From: Candidatus Parcubacteria bacterium
GTDB taxonomy: Bacteria; Patescibacteriota; Patescibacteriia; Patescibacteriales; UBA12465
Assembly (NCBI GenBank): GCA_037076615.1
Contig: AP029158.1
Span: 261,470-325,469 of the forward strand
Direction: 5' to 3'
DNA: 64,000 bases
Part shown: in pieces, positions 47,424 through 55,877 of the stretch
Numbering within the stretch: position 1 is the stretch's first letter
How the letters are laid out: the number at the start of each line of letters is the position of its first letter
Notes under the pieces: model-generated
What the model was told of the DNA's origin: nothing
What the model saw: only the letters and a program-made list of their open reading frames with translations
Databases searched by the model: none
Translations under genes and position numbers: made by a program

Positions 47424-48533
47424 ATGAAAAGCAGTTTTCGGACTTATTTTAAGAATTTTGATTGGATTTTATTTTTTGCCGTTTTTTTGTTGGCTATTTT
47501 TGGCGTTCTAGAAATTTATAGTGTGGCTCTCGGTGTCGGCGGCGAGGCAATCAACAATTTTTATAAACAACTGCTTTTTATTGGTCTCGGTTTGACGGCG
47601 ATGTTTGCGATGACCTTTTTTGATCATCGCTTTTTAAGAAGTTTAAGAGCCTATCTCTATTGGTTGGCGGTTCTCCTTTTAATTCTGGTTTTAATTTTTG
47701 GTAAAACGGTTAATAATACGACTGGTTGGTTTGAGATCTTTAATTTTAGGATTCAGCCGGTGGAATTTGTTAAAATAATTTTACTCATTTATTTAGCTGG
47801 TTATTTTTCTAATTTAGCCACGCGAGTCAAAAACTCTCGTCATTTTTTAACTTCTTTAGGGGCGACTTTAGTGCTCTTTGTTCTGGTAGGCTTACAGCCG
47901 GATTTTGGCTCGTCTCTAGTTTTGCTAGCGATTTGGTTGATTGTCGCTTTAATGGCTGGCTTTAATAAAAAGTATTGGTTGATTACATTTTTAGTGGCTT
48001 TAGTGGGCTTAATTCCACTTTGGTTTAATTTAAGTCCTTATCAAAAGCAAAGAGTAACAACCGTTTTTAACAGTGCGCAAGAAGTTTGTCGCGAAGAGGA
48101 GTGTTATAATAAACAACAGGCCTTAATTGCGATTGGTGCCGGTGGTTTGGCCGGGCGCGGCTTAGGGTTTGGTTCGCAATCGCAACTAAAATTCTTGCCG
48201 GCGGCGCAAACAGACTTTATTTTTTCAGTGATTGCGGAAGAATTGGGATTTTTGGGCATCTTGATTATTCTCGGTCTCTTTATGATTTTCTTTTATCGCG
48301 GCTTATCCGCCCTTCGGAAAATAAAAGATGATTTTGGGATTTATTTCATTCTTGGTTACTTGGGGCTTGTTTTTACTCACATGTTTGTTAATATCGGTAT
48401 GAACCTCGGTCTTCTGCCGATTGTCGGCATTCCACTGCCTTTTGTGAGCTATGGTGGCAGCGCCCTAATTGCGATGTTCCTTGGCTTAGGAATTGTTCAA
48501 AATATTATCATTAAATCTAAAATAAATTATTAA
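47424..48533 (+). CDS. SEDS family peptidoglycan polymerase (FtsW/RodA)
   Basis: About 10 TM helices, with QPDFGS, TDFIFSVIAEELGF and PFVSYGGS signatures. Confidence 0.88.
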   Translation: MKSSFRTYFKNFDWILFFAVFLLAIFGVLEIYSVALGVGGEAINNFYKQLLFIGLGLTAMFAMTFFDHRFLRSLRAYLYWLAVLLLILVLIFGKTVNNTTGWFEIFNFRIQPVEFVKIILLIYLAGYFSNLATRVKNSRHFLTSLGATLVLFVLVGLQPDFGSSLVLLAIWLIVALMAGFNKKYWLITFLVALVGLIPLWFNLSPYQKQRVTTVFNSAQEVCREEECYNKQQALIAIGAGGLAGRGLGFGSQSQLKFLPAAQTDFIFSVIAEELGFLGILIILGLFMIFFYRGLSALRKIKDDFGIYFILGYLGLVFTHMFVNIGMNLGLLPIVGIPLPFVSYGGSALIAMFLGLGIVQNIIIKSKINY

Positions 48534-48549
48534 ATAATAGCCAAAAATT

Positions 48550-49176
48550 ATGGAAATGAAATTGAGCGGGGCGATTCGTGACCCCAAAGAAAGATTAGAC
48601 GATAGCCTGGTTCCAGCCATTTTATATGGTAGAGAAGTAGAGAATGTCAGTCTAAAAATAAAAAGAACGGATTTGGATCGCTTAGTAAAAGAGGCGGGCG
48701 AGTCCAACTTAATTGACTTAAGTTATGGCGACGCCAATGTTAAAGTTTTAATTAAAGAAAGTCAGCGCCATCCGGTCAGTAATCTCTTGCAACATGTCGA
48801 CTTCTTTCAGGTGAATATGAAAGAGAAAATTAATACGGAGATTCCGTTAGAGTTTGTTGGCGAGTCAAGAGCAATCCGCGAGCTGTCTGGCTCCCTGATT
48901 AGAAATGTCAACGCTTTAGAGATTGAGTGTTTACCTAAAGATCTCGTTGATCATATAGATGTTGATATCTCCGTCTTAGATAACTTTGAAGATGAAATTA
49001 AAGTTTCGGATATTAAAATTCCGGCCACTTGGGATCTTTTAAGTGATCCAGATGTTATCGTCGCTTCTGTTATTCCTCCTCGCGTTGAAGAAGAGGTGGA
49101 GGTGGCCATTGAGACTGAAGCTGGAGAAGGCGAAGAGAAAAAAGAAGAAAATAAAGATGAAAAAGATAAGGCCTAA
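48550..49176 (+). CDS. rplY: 50S ribosomal protein L25 / general stress protein Ctc form
   Basis: VPAILYG, HPV..LLQHVDF, a two-domain length of 208 aa, and an acidic/lysine tail. Confidence 0.85.
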   Translation: MEMKLSGAIRDPKERLDDSLVPAILYGREVENVSLKIKRTDLDRLVKEAGESNLIDLSYGDANVKVLIKESQRHPVSNLLQHVDFFQVNMKEKINTEIPLEFVGESRAIRELSGSLIRNVNALEIECLPKDLVDHIDVDISVLDNFEDEIKVSDIKIPATWDLLSDPDVIVASVIPPRVEEEVEVAIETEAGEGEEKKEENKDEKDKA

Positions 49177-50272
49177 AAAAATAAAAACTGACAAAACGGT
49201 CGCCCCGGTGGCGACCGTTAGCTTAGACCGGGTCATGATTATTGCGGGTCTGGTTTTAGTTTTTTCTCTAACAGCCTTGAGTTTATATTTATGGCAGCCC
49301 ACCTGGTTATTTCCGGTTGCCGAAGTGACACCGCCGCTAGTAGAAGAAATTATCATTGAGCCTATCTCCGAACCGGTTTGTTTGGATTGTGTATCAGACC
49401 CTCTGAGTGGTGCGGTCCTTCCTAAGGCAGAAACTGAGGGGCGGCCGTGGGCAGTTATGATTGATAATTATGTGGGCGCACGGCCAACCGTAGGCGTTAG
49501 TGCGGCCACCATAGTTTATGAAGCGCCAGTGGAGGGCGGGGTAACCAGATTAATGGCAGTGATAAGAGCCCAAGATCTACCTGCGACTATTGGTCCCGTG
49601 CGCTCAGCGCGGCCGTATTTTTTAAAGTGGGCCCAAGAGTTGGGGGCGACCTATGTTCATGTCGGTGGGAGTCTCGAGGCCTTGGCTTTAGCTAAAAAAT
49701 TAGGTTCTCAAGACCTCAATGAGTTTTATCAGGGCGCTTATTTTTGGCGGGCTAACGATCGTCCCGCACCGCATAATATTTTAACTTCTCAAGAAAAATT
49801 AAAGTCTTACCGAGAAAGCTTAGGTCAAGAAAAGGATGATTTTTATTTAGCGCCCTATCAATTTAAGGAGAGTTTAATTGATGAGTTAAGACTAGGCTCC
49901 GAGATTAGAGTTAAATATAGCGAGGGCTATAATGTTTCTTGGGATTATTTGCCAGTGACTAATAGTTATCAACGTTATTTAGAAACCGGCCCTCACCAAG
50001 AGGCAGATGGCGGCTTAATAACTGTTAATAATCTAATTTTTCCCTTACGGACCTTTAAAATTGTTGATGACGATTTGCGTTTAGAGTTGATTCCACAAAC
50101 CGGTGGCACCGCTTTGCTTTGCCAGGATGGTGCTTGCGAGTGGGGATCTTGGAAGCAAACGGATCCATTGGAGCGTTGGCGTTTTTACAAAAAAGACGGC
50201 ACGGAGTTCGTCTTTAATATCGGAAAAACTTGGATTTCGCTTATTTCTCGTTTGGATAATGTTCAGTATTAG
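49157..50272 (+). CDS. DUF3048-like secreted or membrane-anchored protein
   Basis: The ATG at 49157 is preferred; the upstream extension lies inside rplY. It has an N-terminal TM. RPWAVMIDNYVGARPTVGVSAATIVYEAPVEGGVTRLMAV matches the DUF3048 core as I recall it. Confidence 0.8.
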   Translation: MKKIRPKKIKTDKTVAPVATVSLDRVMIIAGLVLVFSLTALSLYLWQPTWLFPVAEVTPPLVEEIIIEPISEPVCLDCVSDPLSGAVLPKAETEGRPWAVMIDNYVGARPTVGVSAATIVYEAPVEGGVTRLMAVIRAQDLPATIGPVRSARPYFLKWAQELGATYVHVGGSLEALALAKKLGSQDLNEFYQGAYFWRANDRPAPHNILTSQEKLKSYRESLGQEKDDFYLAPYQFKESLIDELRLGSEIRVKYSEGYNVSWDYLPVTNSYQRYLETGPHQEADGGLITVNNLIFPLRTFKIVDDDLRLELIPQTGGTALLCQDGACEWGSWKQTDPLERWRFYKKDGTEFVFNIGKTWISLISRLDNVQY

Positions 50273-51119
50273 TCAGTTTAAAGAAGCGATTTTGTCCGGA
50301 ATAATCTTGATAAAAACTTAAAGATAAGTTTTTAAAACTGGCGTTGGCCAGTTTTTTTATGGCCGCCGTTTGCGTCGGGTCAATTTCCGTTAAAAGAATA
50401 AAGGGTCGGACGAAGTCAGCTAGTTGTACTAGGAGGCGACGATAATGATCAAGGCCGTCAGGCCCGGAAACTAGAGCGGTTAAAGGCTCGCGCTTAATCG
50501 AGGGCTCAGCTAATTGTTCGGGTGTTAAATAGGGAAGGTTGGCAACAATAATTAAGCGCTCCGAATGATTTAAAACTTCTTGATGTGGAGTAAGTAGATC
50601 GCCCTGGCGCCAATTAATCTGTGCGCCCCGGCGCCGAGCGTTTTCTTGCGCTACTTTTAAGGCAGAGTGAGAAAGGTCGGAAGCGTGGTAGTTAGCAGCG
50701 TCTCTTAACTCGGCCGCTAAAGTAAGAATGATTGCGCCACTACCGGTGCCCAGATCAATTAGGTCTGGCTTCGGTCCTGGTTTTTTTACTTCTGCTAAAA
50801 CCAAATCAACTAATAATTCAGTTTCTGGACGAGGGATTAAGACTCGGGAATTAACAATAAATTCGCGGCCATAAAATTCTTTTTTCTTAGTGAGTGCCGC
50901 CAGTGACCAACCGGCTAAGCGTTTTTTTAAAAAATAATTAGCTCGCCAAAGATCTTTAAGTTTTAATTTTTGGTCAAGATTAGTTAAGGTTGCCGCCGCT
51001 GATTTTTTTTGCGCAGCCGCTAGAGTAGCTAAAGCTTCTTTTTCGGGGTCAGTAAAACCGGCGCTTTTAAAGCGCCGGGAAGAGAAGTCTAAATATTGTT
51101 TAGTGGTTTTTAAGAGCAT
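50241..51119 (-). CDS. prmC: Release-factor glutamine N5-methyltransferase
   Basis: SAM motif IDLGTGSGAI. Motif IV reads VANLPY where NPPY is expected. It is coupled to prfA by a 20-nt overlap. Confidence 0.85.
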   Translation of the reverse strand: MLLKTTKQYLDFSSRRFKSAGFTDPEKEALATLAAAQKKSAAATLTNLDQKLKLKDLWRANYFLKKRLAGWSLAALTKKKEFYGREFIVNSRVLIPRPETELLVDLVLAEVKKPGPKPDLIDLGTGSGAIILTLAAELRDAANYHASDLSHSALKVAQENARRRGAQINWRQGDLLTPHQEVLNHSERLIIVANLPYLTPEQLAEPSIKREPLTALVSGPDGLDHYRRLLVQLADFVRPFILLTEIDPTQTAAIKKLANASFKNLSLSFYQDYSGQNRFFKLTNTEHYPNEK

Positions 51120-52173
51120 TGTTTTGGCGTTTGGCTTTGGCTGCTTTTTTTAAAGCATCAATAATCGGTTCTAATTCTCCAGCCATAATTAGATTTAAGC
51201 TGTGCCAAGATTCGCCGATGCGATGATCAGTGACTCTGTCTTGAGGAAAATTATAGGTGCGAATTTTATCACTGCGATCACCACTCCCCACCTGGTCTTT
51301 GCGCGCACTAGATTCTTTCGCTTGGCGCTCTTCTTCTTCTTTGGCTAACAGACGAGAACGCAGAATTTGCAAAGCTTTTTCTTTGTTTTGGTGTTGTGAT
51401 TTCTGATCTTGGCAGCTAACGGTAATCCCGGTAGGAATGTGGACAATTCTAATGGCGGAATAAGTGGTGTTAACACTCTGGCCACCCGGACCACTGGAGC
51501 AGAAAGTATCAATTCTTAAATCACTCATTTTAAGTTCAATATCCACCTCTTCGGCTTCTGGCAGAACCACGACTGTGGCGGTGGAGGTGTGGACGCGGCC
51601 TTGCTTTTCAGTTTCCGGAACCCTTTGGACGCGGTGGGTGCCGGCTTCATACTTTAAGAAACCATAAGCCCCGCGACCAACAACCGAAAAGATAACTTCT
51701 TTATAGCCGCCGACGCCAATTAAATGAGAATCTAAAAGCTCAATCTTTAAATTATTATTTTCCGCAAATTTACTATAAGCATGGAAGAGATCGCCAGCAA
51801 ACAAAGCAGCTTCGTCGCCACCGGCGCCGGCTCTAATTTCCACAATCGCATTTTTAACATCATGAGGATCAGCCGGGAAGAGCTCTTCGTCAATTTCTTC
51901 TTTTAATTTATTTAGGTTTTTTTCAAGTTCTGACAATTCGCTCTGCGCCAGTTCTTTAAGTTCGGAGTCAGTCGTGTCTGTTTGGTTGATAATTTCTTGA
52001 TAGTCAGTGATGGTGGCGGTAATTTTCTCCACTTGATTGATTTTTTCAATGATTCCTTTAAGAGCTGAATGTTGTTGAGAGGTCTTGATGTATTCTTTTT
52101 GGTCAGCTAAAAGCACCGGATCGCTAAGCCGGGTTTCAATATTTTTAAATTGTTCTTTAATTTCTTGGTACAT
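51100..52173 (-). CDS. prfA: Peptide chain release factor 1
   Basis: GGQ motif SGPGGQSVNTT. The RF1 tripeptide position reads RVQRVPETE, so it is of the P-x-T type. Confidence 0.93.
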   Translation of the reverse strand: MYQEIKEQFKNIETRLSDPVLLADQKEYIKTSQQHSALKGIIEKINQVEKITATITDYQEIINQTDTTDSELKELAQSELSELEKNLNKLKEEIDEELFPADPHDVKNAIVEIRAGAGGDEAALFAGDLFHAYSKFAENNNLKIELLDSHLIGVGGYKEVIFSVVGRGAYGFLKYEAGTHRVQRVPETEKQGRVHTSTATVVVLPEAEEVDIELKMSDLRIDTFCSSGPGGQSVNTTYSAIRIVHIPTGITVSCQDQKSQHQNKEKALQILRSRLLAKEEEERQAKESSARKDQVGSGDRSDKIRTYNFPQDRVTDHRIGESWHSLNLIMAGELEPIIDALKKAAKAKRQNNALKNH

Positions 52174-52191
52174 ATTTTTTAGGGAAAAGAT

Positions 52192-52254
52192 TAAAAAAAA
52201 TGACCACTATTTTAGAGAGGAAACGACAAAAGTCGCCGCTCTCTAAGTGATCAT
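52192..52254 (-). terminator. Long interrupted hairpin plus T8 between rpmE and prfA (terminator or attenuator)
   Basis: On the minus strand, atgatcacttagagag...ctctctaaaatagtggtcat forms a stem with the apical cgac-tttt-gtcg. It is followed by TTTTTTTT, about 20 nt before the prfA ATG. Confidence 0.55.
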
Positions 52255-52272
52255 TTTAAAAGTCTAAAATAG

Positions 52273-52611
52273 CTATTTCTTTTTCCCTAAGCTCACTTGC
52301 GCAATCTTTTTAATATCTTTAGTTTTGACGACAATTTCTTTCTTGGCGCGTTCTTTAGCGCGTTCCTCGTTCTTTACTTTCTTACCACGACGAACAGCAG
52401 ACACTTTTTTACTGGCTTCTTTCTTGGCGGAGAATTTCTCTACCCGGCGGGCAGTGTCAACTAACTTTTGCTTACCAGTGTAGAAGGGGTGGCAAGCAGA
52501 GCAGAGCTCAACTTTGATTTCCGGTACGGTCGCGCCGGTAACAAAAGAGTTGCCGCAGACACAAGTGACTTGGCAATCAGTGTAATATTGTGGGTGAATT
52601 CCATTTTTCAT
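52273..52611 (-). CDS. rpmE: 50S ribosomal protein L31 (Cys-containing form) with a ~40-aa basic C-terminal extension
   Basis: [14 protein letters not shown] and [13 protein letters not shown] motifs. At 112 aa it exceeds the roughly 70 aa typical of L31. Confidence 0.9.
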   Translation of the reverse strand: MKNGIHPQYYTDCQVTCVCGNSFVTGATVPEIKVELCSACHPFYTGKQKLVDTARRVEKFSAKKEASKKVSAVRRGKKVKNEERAKERAKKEIVVKTKDIKKIAQVSLGKKK

Positions 52612-52643
52612 ACAAAAAAAGTATTAAGCAATAAATAATTGCT

Positions 52644-52665
52644 GAAGTTATGCTATCATAACTTC
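52644..52665. promoter_or_regulatory. Perfect 9-4-9 inverted repeat (candidate operator) in the rpmE/flippase divergent region
   Basis: gaagttatg-ctat-cataacttc. No T-run follows it on either strand, so it is not a terminator. It overlaps the putative -35. Confidence 0.5.
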
Positions 52666-52691
52666 AAAAAAGGCGCAAGAGTTGCTATAAT
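52663..52691 (+). promoter_or_regulatory. Promoter candidate for the flippase operon
   Basis: TTCAAA - 17 nt - TATAAT. The -10 ends 7 nt before the ATG at 52699. Confidence 0.4.
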
Positions 52692-52698
52692 CTCTCTG

Positions 52699-54129
52699 AT
52701 GACTAAAATACCAAACATTGCCCGCAGCACTTCATACCTAACCTTAGCCTTAATTATTCAGAAGATAATCTCTTTTGCGTATTTTATTATTCTAACACGA
52801 GCCCTGGGGTTAGAGGCGATGGGGCAATACTACACAGCCATTTCCTTTACGACAATTTTTGGAATCTTTATTGATTTAGGCCTGGCGAACACTTTAACCC
52901 GCGAAGTGGCGAAAAAACCGGAGGAGGTGGGGGAGTGGTTAGGCAATGTGATTGGGATCAAGATTTTTTTAGCCGGGATTACTTTTGTGATCGCCCTTTT
53001 AACCGCTCAAGTCTTAGGGTATGAGTCTTTAGTCTTCCGTTTAATTTTAGTTTCGTCCTTAAGTATGGTACTCGATTCTTTTAGCACTACTTTTTTTGCT
53101 GTTTTGCGCGGCTTACATACTTTAAAATATGAAAGCTTGGCGTCAATTGTTTTTCAAGCTTTAGTTTTTATGGCCGGCGGAATTGCCTTATATTTTAATC
53201 AAGGCGTTTTAACGGCCATGGCGGCCCTGGTTTTGGCCAGCAGCTTTAATTTTATTTTTAGTTTTGGAGCCATTAAACGAGAAGTAAAAACCCCTTGGCG
53301 TCCCTTATTTGATAAAGTGGCTTGGCGACAAATTTGGCTTATTAGTTGGTCTTTCGGCCTTTTTGCGATCGCGCAAAGACTTTATCTTTATCTAGATTCG
53401 GTGCTTTTAAGTAACCTAGCCGACTTCCACCAGGTGGGTGTTTATCAAATTGCTTTTAAGATTATTAATGCCTTGCAATTTTTACCACTCGCTTTTATCG
53501 CTTCACTTTATCCAGCCATGAGTACTTATTGGCTTAATAACCGGGAGCAATTGGCGATTTCTTTAGAACGGGCTTTAAACTATTTAACGATAATTTCACT
53601 CCCCATTATGGCCGGGGTTTTAGCCCTAGATCAAACGATTCTCAATATTTTTAAAGCCGGCCCTGAGGCTCTTTGGCCTTTGCGAATTTCTATTCTGGCG
53701 CTTTTCTTTATTTTTGTAAATTATCCGGTTGGGTCCTTACTTAATGCTTGTGATCGGCAAAAGAAAAACTTATTATTTATTTCCATTGTTGCCGCGACCA
53801 GCGTACTACTTAACCTTTTTTTGATTCCGCGCGCCGGCGCTCTAGGCGCCAGTATTACCGTTTTAATTACCAACGGGTTAATGTTTATTTTAGGGGTCCT
53901 AGAGATCAATAAAATTATTAAATATAATTTCAAGAAAAATTTAATTATTTTAGGCAAGTCGCTTTTAGCCGCCGCGGTGATGGCCTTGATTGTTTATAGC
54001 GGTAAAGACTGGCTTTCTCTTCCGGGGGCAATTATTTTAGGAGGGGTAGTTTATTTCTCTGCTCTTTATTTGGTTGGCGGTTTTTCACGCGCCGATATTT
54101 TAAGCGTTAAACAATCTTTCAAGCACTAG
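52699..54129 (+). CDS. Polysaccharide flippase (MOP/Wzx family)
   Basis: About 12-14 TM helices with a typical Wzx N-terminus (ARSTSYLTLALIIQKIISFAYFIILTRALG). The ATG at 52699 is preferred over the TTG at 52639. Confidence 0.8.
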   Translation: MTKIPNIARSTSYLTLALIIQKIISFAYFIILTRALGLEAMGQYYTAISFTTIFGIFIDLGLANTLTREVAKKPEEVGEWLGNVIGIKIFLAGITFVIALLTAQVLGYESLVFRLILVSSLSMVLDSFSTTFFAVLRGLHTLKYESLASIVFQALVFMAGGIALYFNQGVLTAMAALVLASSFNFIFSFGAIKREVKTPWRPLFDKVAWRQIWLISWSFGLFAIAQRLYLYLDSVLLSNLADFHQVGVYQIAFKIINALQFLPLAFIASLYPAMSTYWLNNREQLAISLERALNYLTIISLPIMAGVLALDQTILNIFKAGPEALWPLRISILALFFIFVNYPVGSLLNACDRQKKNLLFISIVAATSVLLNLFLIPRAGALGASITVLITNGLMFILGVLEINKIIKYNFKKNLIILGKSLLAAAVMALIVYSGKDWLSLPGAIILGGVVYFSALYLVGGFSRADILSVKQSFKH

Positions 54130-54132
54130 TTT

Positions 54133-55179
54133 ATGAAAACTTTATTAATTACTTGCGAGTATCCACCCTTTAAGGGTGGTGTCGCCAACTACTACGGACA
54201 ACTAGTCGCTAATTGGCCCGAGGCGGAGTCCCCGGAGGTCTGGGAAATAAAGGGCTCTTGGTGGCGCCTGATTTCGCGCCTTGTTAAATATTGGCGGAAA
54301 AATTCTCAAGCGTTGGTGATTGTTGGCCATATTCTACCTTTAGGCACCGCCGCTTGGTTAGCTTCAAGGCTGACAAAAGGAAATTATGTGGTAGTTTTGC
54401 ACGGGATGGATTTCAGTTTCGCGCATAAAAAGAAACGGAAGGTTTTTTTAAGTAAAAAGATTCTAGGTGGGGCTAAAAAAATTATTAGTGCTAATTCCTA
54501 TGTCGCCGGGCTGGTGTCGACTCGCTATCCTGATTTTGGTTCTAAGGTGGCGGTAGTTAATCCTGGTGTCAGCCACAGTGGCCGTCTTGATGAAGCTAAT
54601 TTAGCGCCTTTTTTAAGAGAAAAATATCAACTGGGTAATAAGGTGATTTTACTCACTCTGGGGCGCTTGGTGGCTCGTAAAGGGGTAGATTATACCATTA
54701 AGGCCTTAGCTGTACTTACCCCTCAAGAACGTGAAGATTTGGCTTATGTGGTCGTCGGTTCGGGCCCCGAAGAAGGTGATTTACGTCTTTTAGCGGAGAA
54801 AACCGGGGTGTCGGTTATTTTTACCGGCCCAGTTAGTGAAAATGAAAAATGGTCGTGGTTAAATTTATGTGATATTTTAATAATGCCGTCACGGGAGATT
54901 AAAGGAGATTTTGAGGGCTTTGGCATTGTTTATCTTGAAGCCAACTTAAATGGCAAGCCGGTAATTGCTGGTCGCTCCGGTGGTGTTAGTGATGCGGTCA
55001 GTCACGGCGTGAGCGGTTTATTAGTCGATCCGGAAGATCCAGCCGCCATTGCCCTAGCAATTAAAACTTTAAGCTCTGACCCCGTCTTAAGAGAGGAGTT
55101 GGGACGTCAGGGGCGAGTACGCGCTTTGGCCAATTTTTCTTGGGAAAAAAAGGCTCAAGAATTTTATCAATATTTATGA
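54133..55179 (+). CDS. Glycosyltransferase family 4
   Basis: GDFEGFGIVYLEANLNGKPVIAGRSGG motif. Confidence 0.85.
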   Translation: MKTLLITCEYPPFKGGVANYYGQLVANWPEAESPEVWEIKGSWWRLISRLVKYWRKNSQALVIVGHILPLGTAAWLASRLTKGNYVVVLHGMDFSFAHKKKRKVFLSKKILGGAKKIISANSYVAGLVSTRYPDFGSKVAVVNPGVSHSGRLDEANLAPFLREKYQLGNKVILLTLGRLVARKGVDYTIKALAVLTPQEREDLAYVVVGSGPEEGDLRLLAEKTGVSVIFTGPVSENEKWSWLNLCDILIMPSREIKGDFEGFGIVYLEANLNGKPVIAGRSGGVSDAVSHGVSGLLVDPEDPAAIALAIKTLSSDPVLREELGRQGRVRALANFSWEKKAQEFYQYL

Positions 55180-55877
55180 TTTCTATTATTATTCCGGTTT
55201 ATAACCAGGCCAAAAAAATTAAGGCGACTTTAGAAAGTATTGCCAACCAAACCTTAGCTGATTGGGAAGTGATTGTGGTTAACGATGGCTCCACTGATAA
55301 TTTAGAGGCGGAATTTACTGCTTTTCTAGATAAGTTTTCCGGCGCCAACCCTTTCATCTTTTTAAATCAAGAAAATAAAGGCGCCCCGGCCGCCCGTAAT
55401 ACTGGTCTTAGTAAAGCTCGCGGTGAATTTCTCTTGTTTTGTGATAGTGATGCGATTTTAGATCCTCGCGCTTTAGAGCTTTGGCAAGCCGCTTTGCTTT
55501 TCGATTCTCAAGCCGCCTTTGCTTATTCGGCTTTTAAATGGGGACGGCGCTTATTTAAAGTTGGTTCTTATGATTACGATCGTCTCCGTCGTGAGCCTTA
55601 TATTCACACCACCTCGCTTATTCGTCGTTCTGCTTTTCCGGCCAGCGGCTGGGATGAGGATTTAAAACGTTTTCAAGATTGGGACTTGTGGCTCACTATC
55701 GCCGCTGCCGGCGGTTATGGGGTTTTTGTTGATCAAGTTCTTTTTGCTGTTAGCCCCGGTGGTCATATCAGCGCTTGGCTGCCCGCCTTTTCTTATCGCT
55801 TTTTAAAATTTTTACCGGCGGTAAAAAAATATCACGCCGCTAAAGAAATTATTTATAATAAACACCAAATCGTATGA
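55176..55877 (+). CDS. Glycosyltransferase family 2
   Basis: ISIIIPVYNQ, VVNDGSTD and FCDSDA motifs. ATGA overlaps occur at both ends, and the start is trimmed to 55176. Confidence 0.85.
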   Translation: MISIIIPVYNQAKKIKATLESIANQTLADWEVIVVNDGSTDNLEAEFTAFLDKFSGANPFIFLNQENKGAPAARNTGLSKARGEFLLFCDSDAILDPRALELWQAALLFDSQAAFAYSAFKWGRRLFKVGSYDYDRLRREPYIHTTSLIRRSAFPASGWDEDLKRFQDWDLWLTIAAAGGYGVFVDQVLFAVSPGGHISAWLPAFSYRFLKFLPAVKKYHAAKEIIYNKHQIV

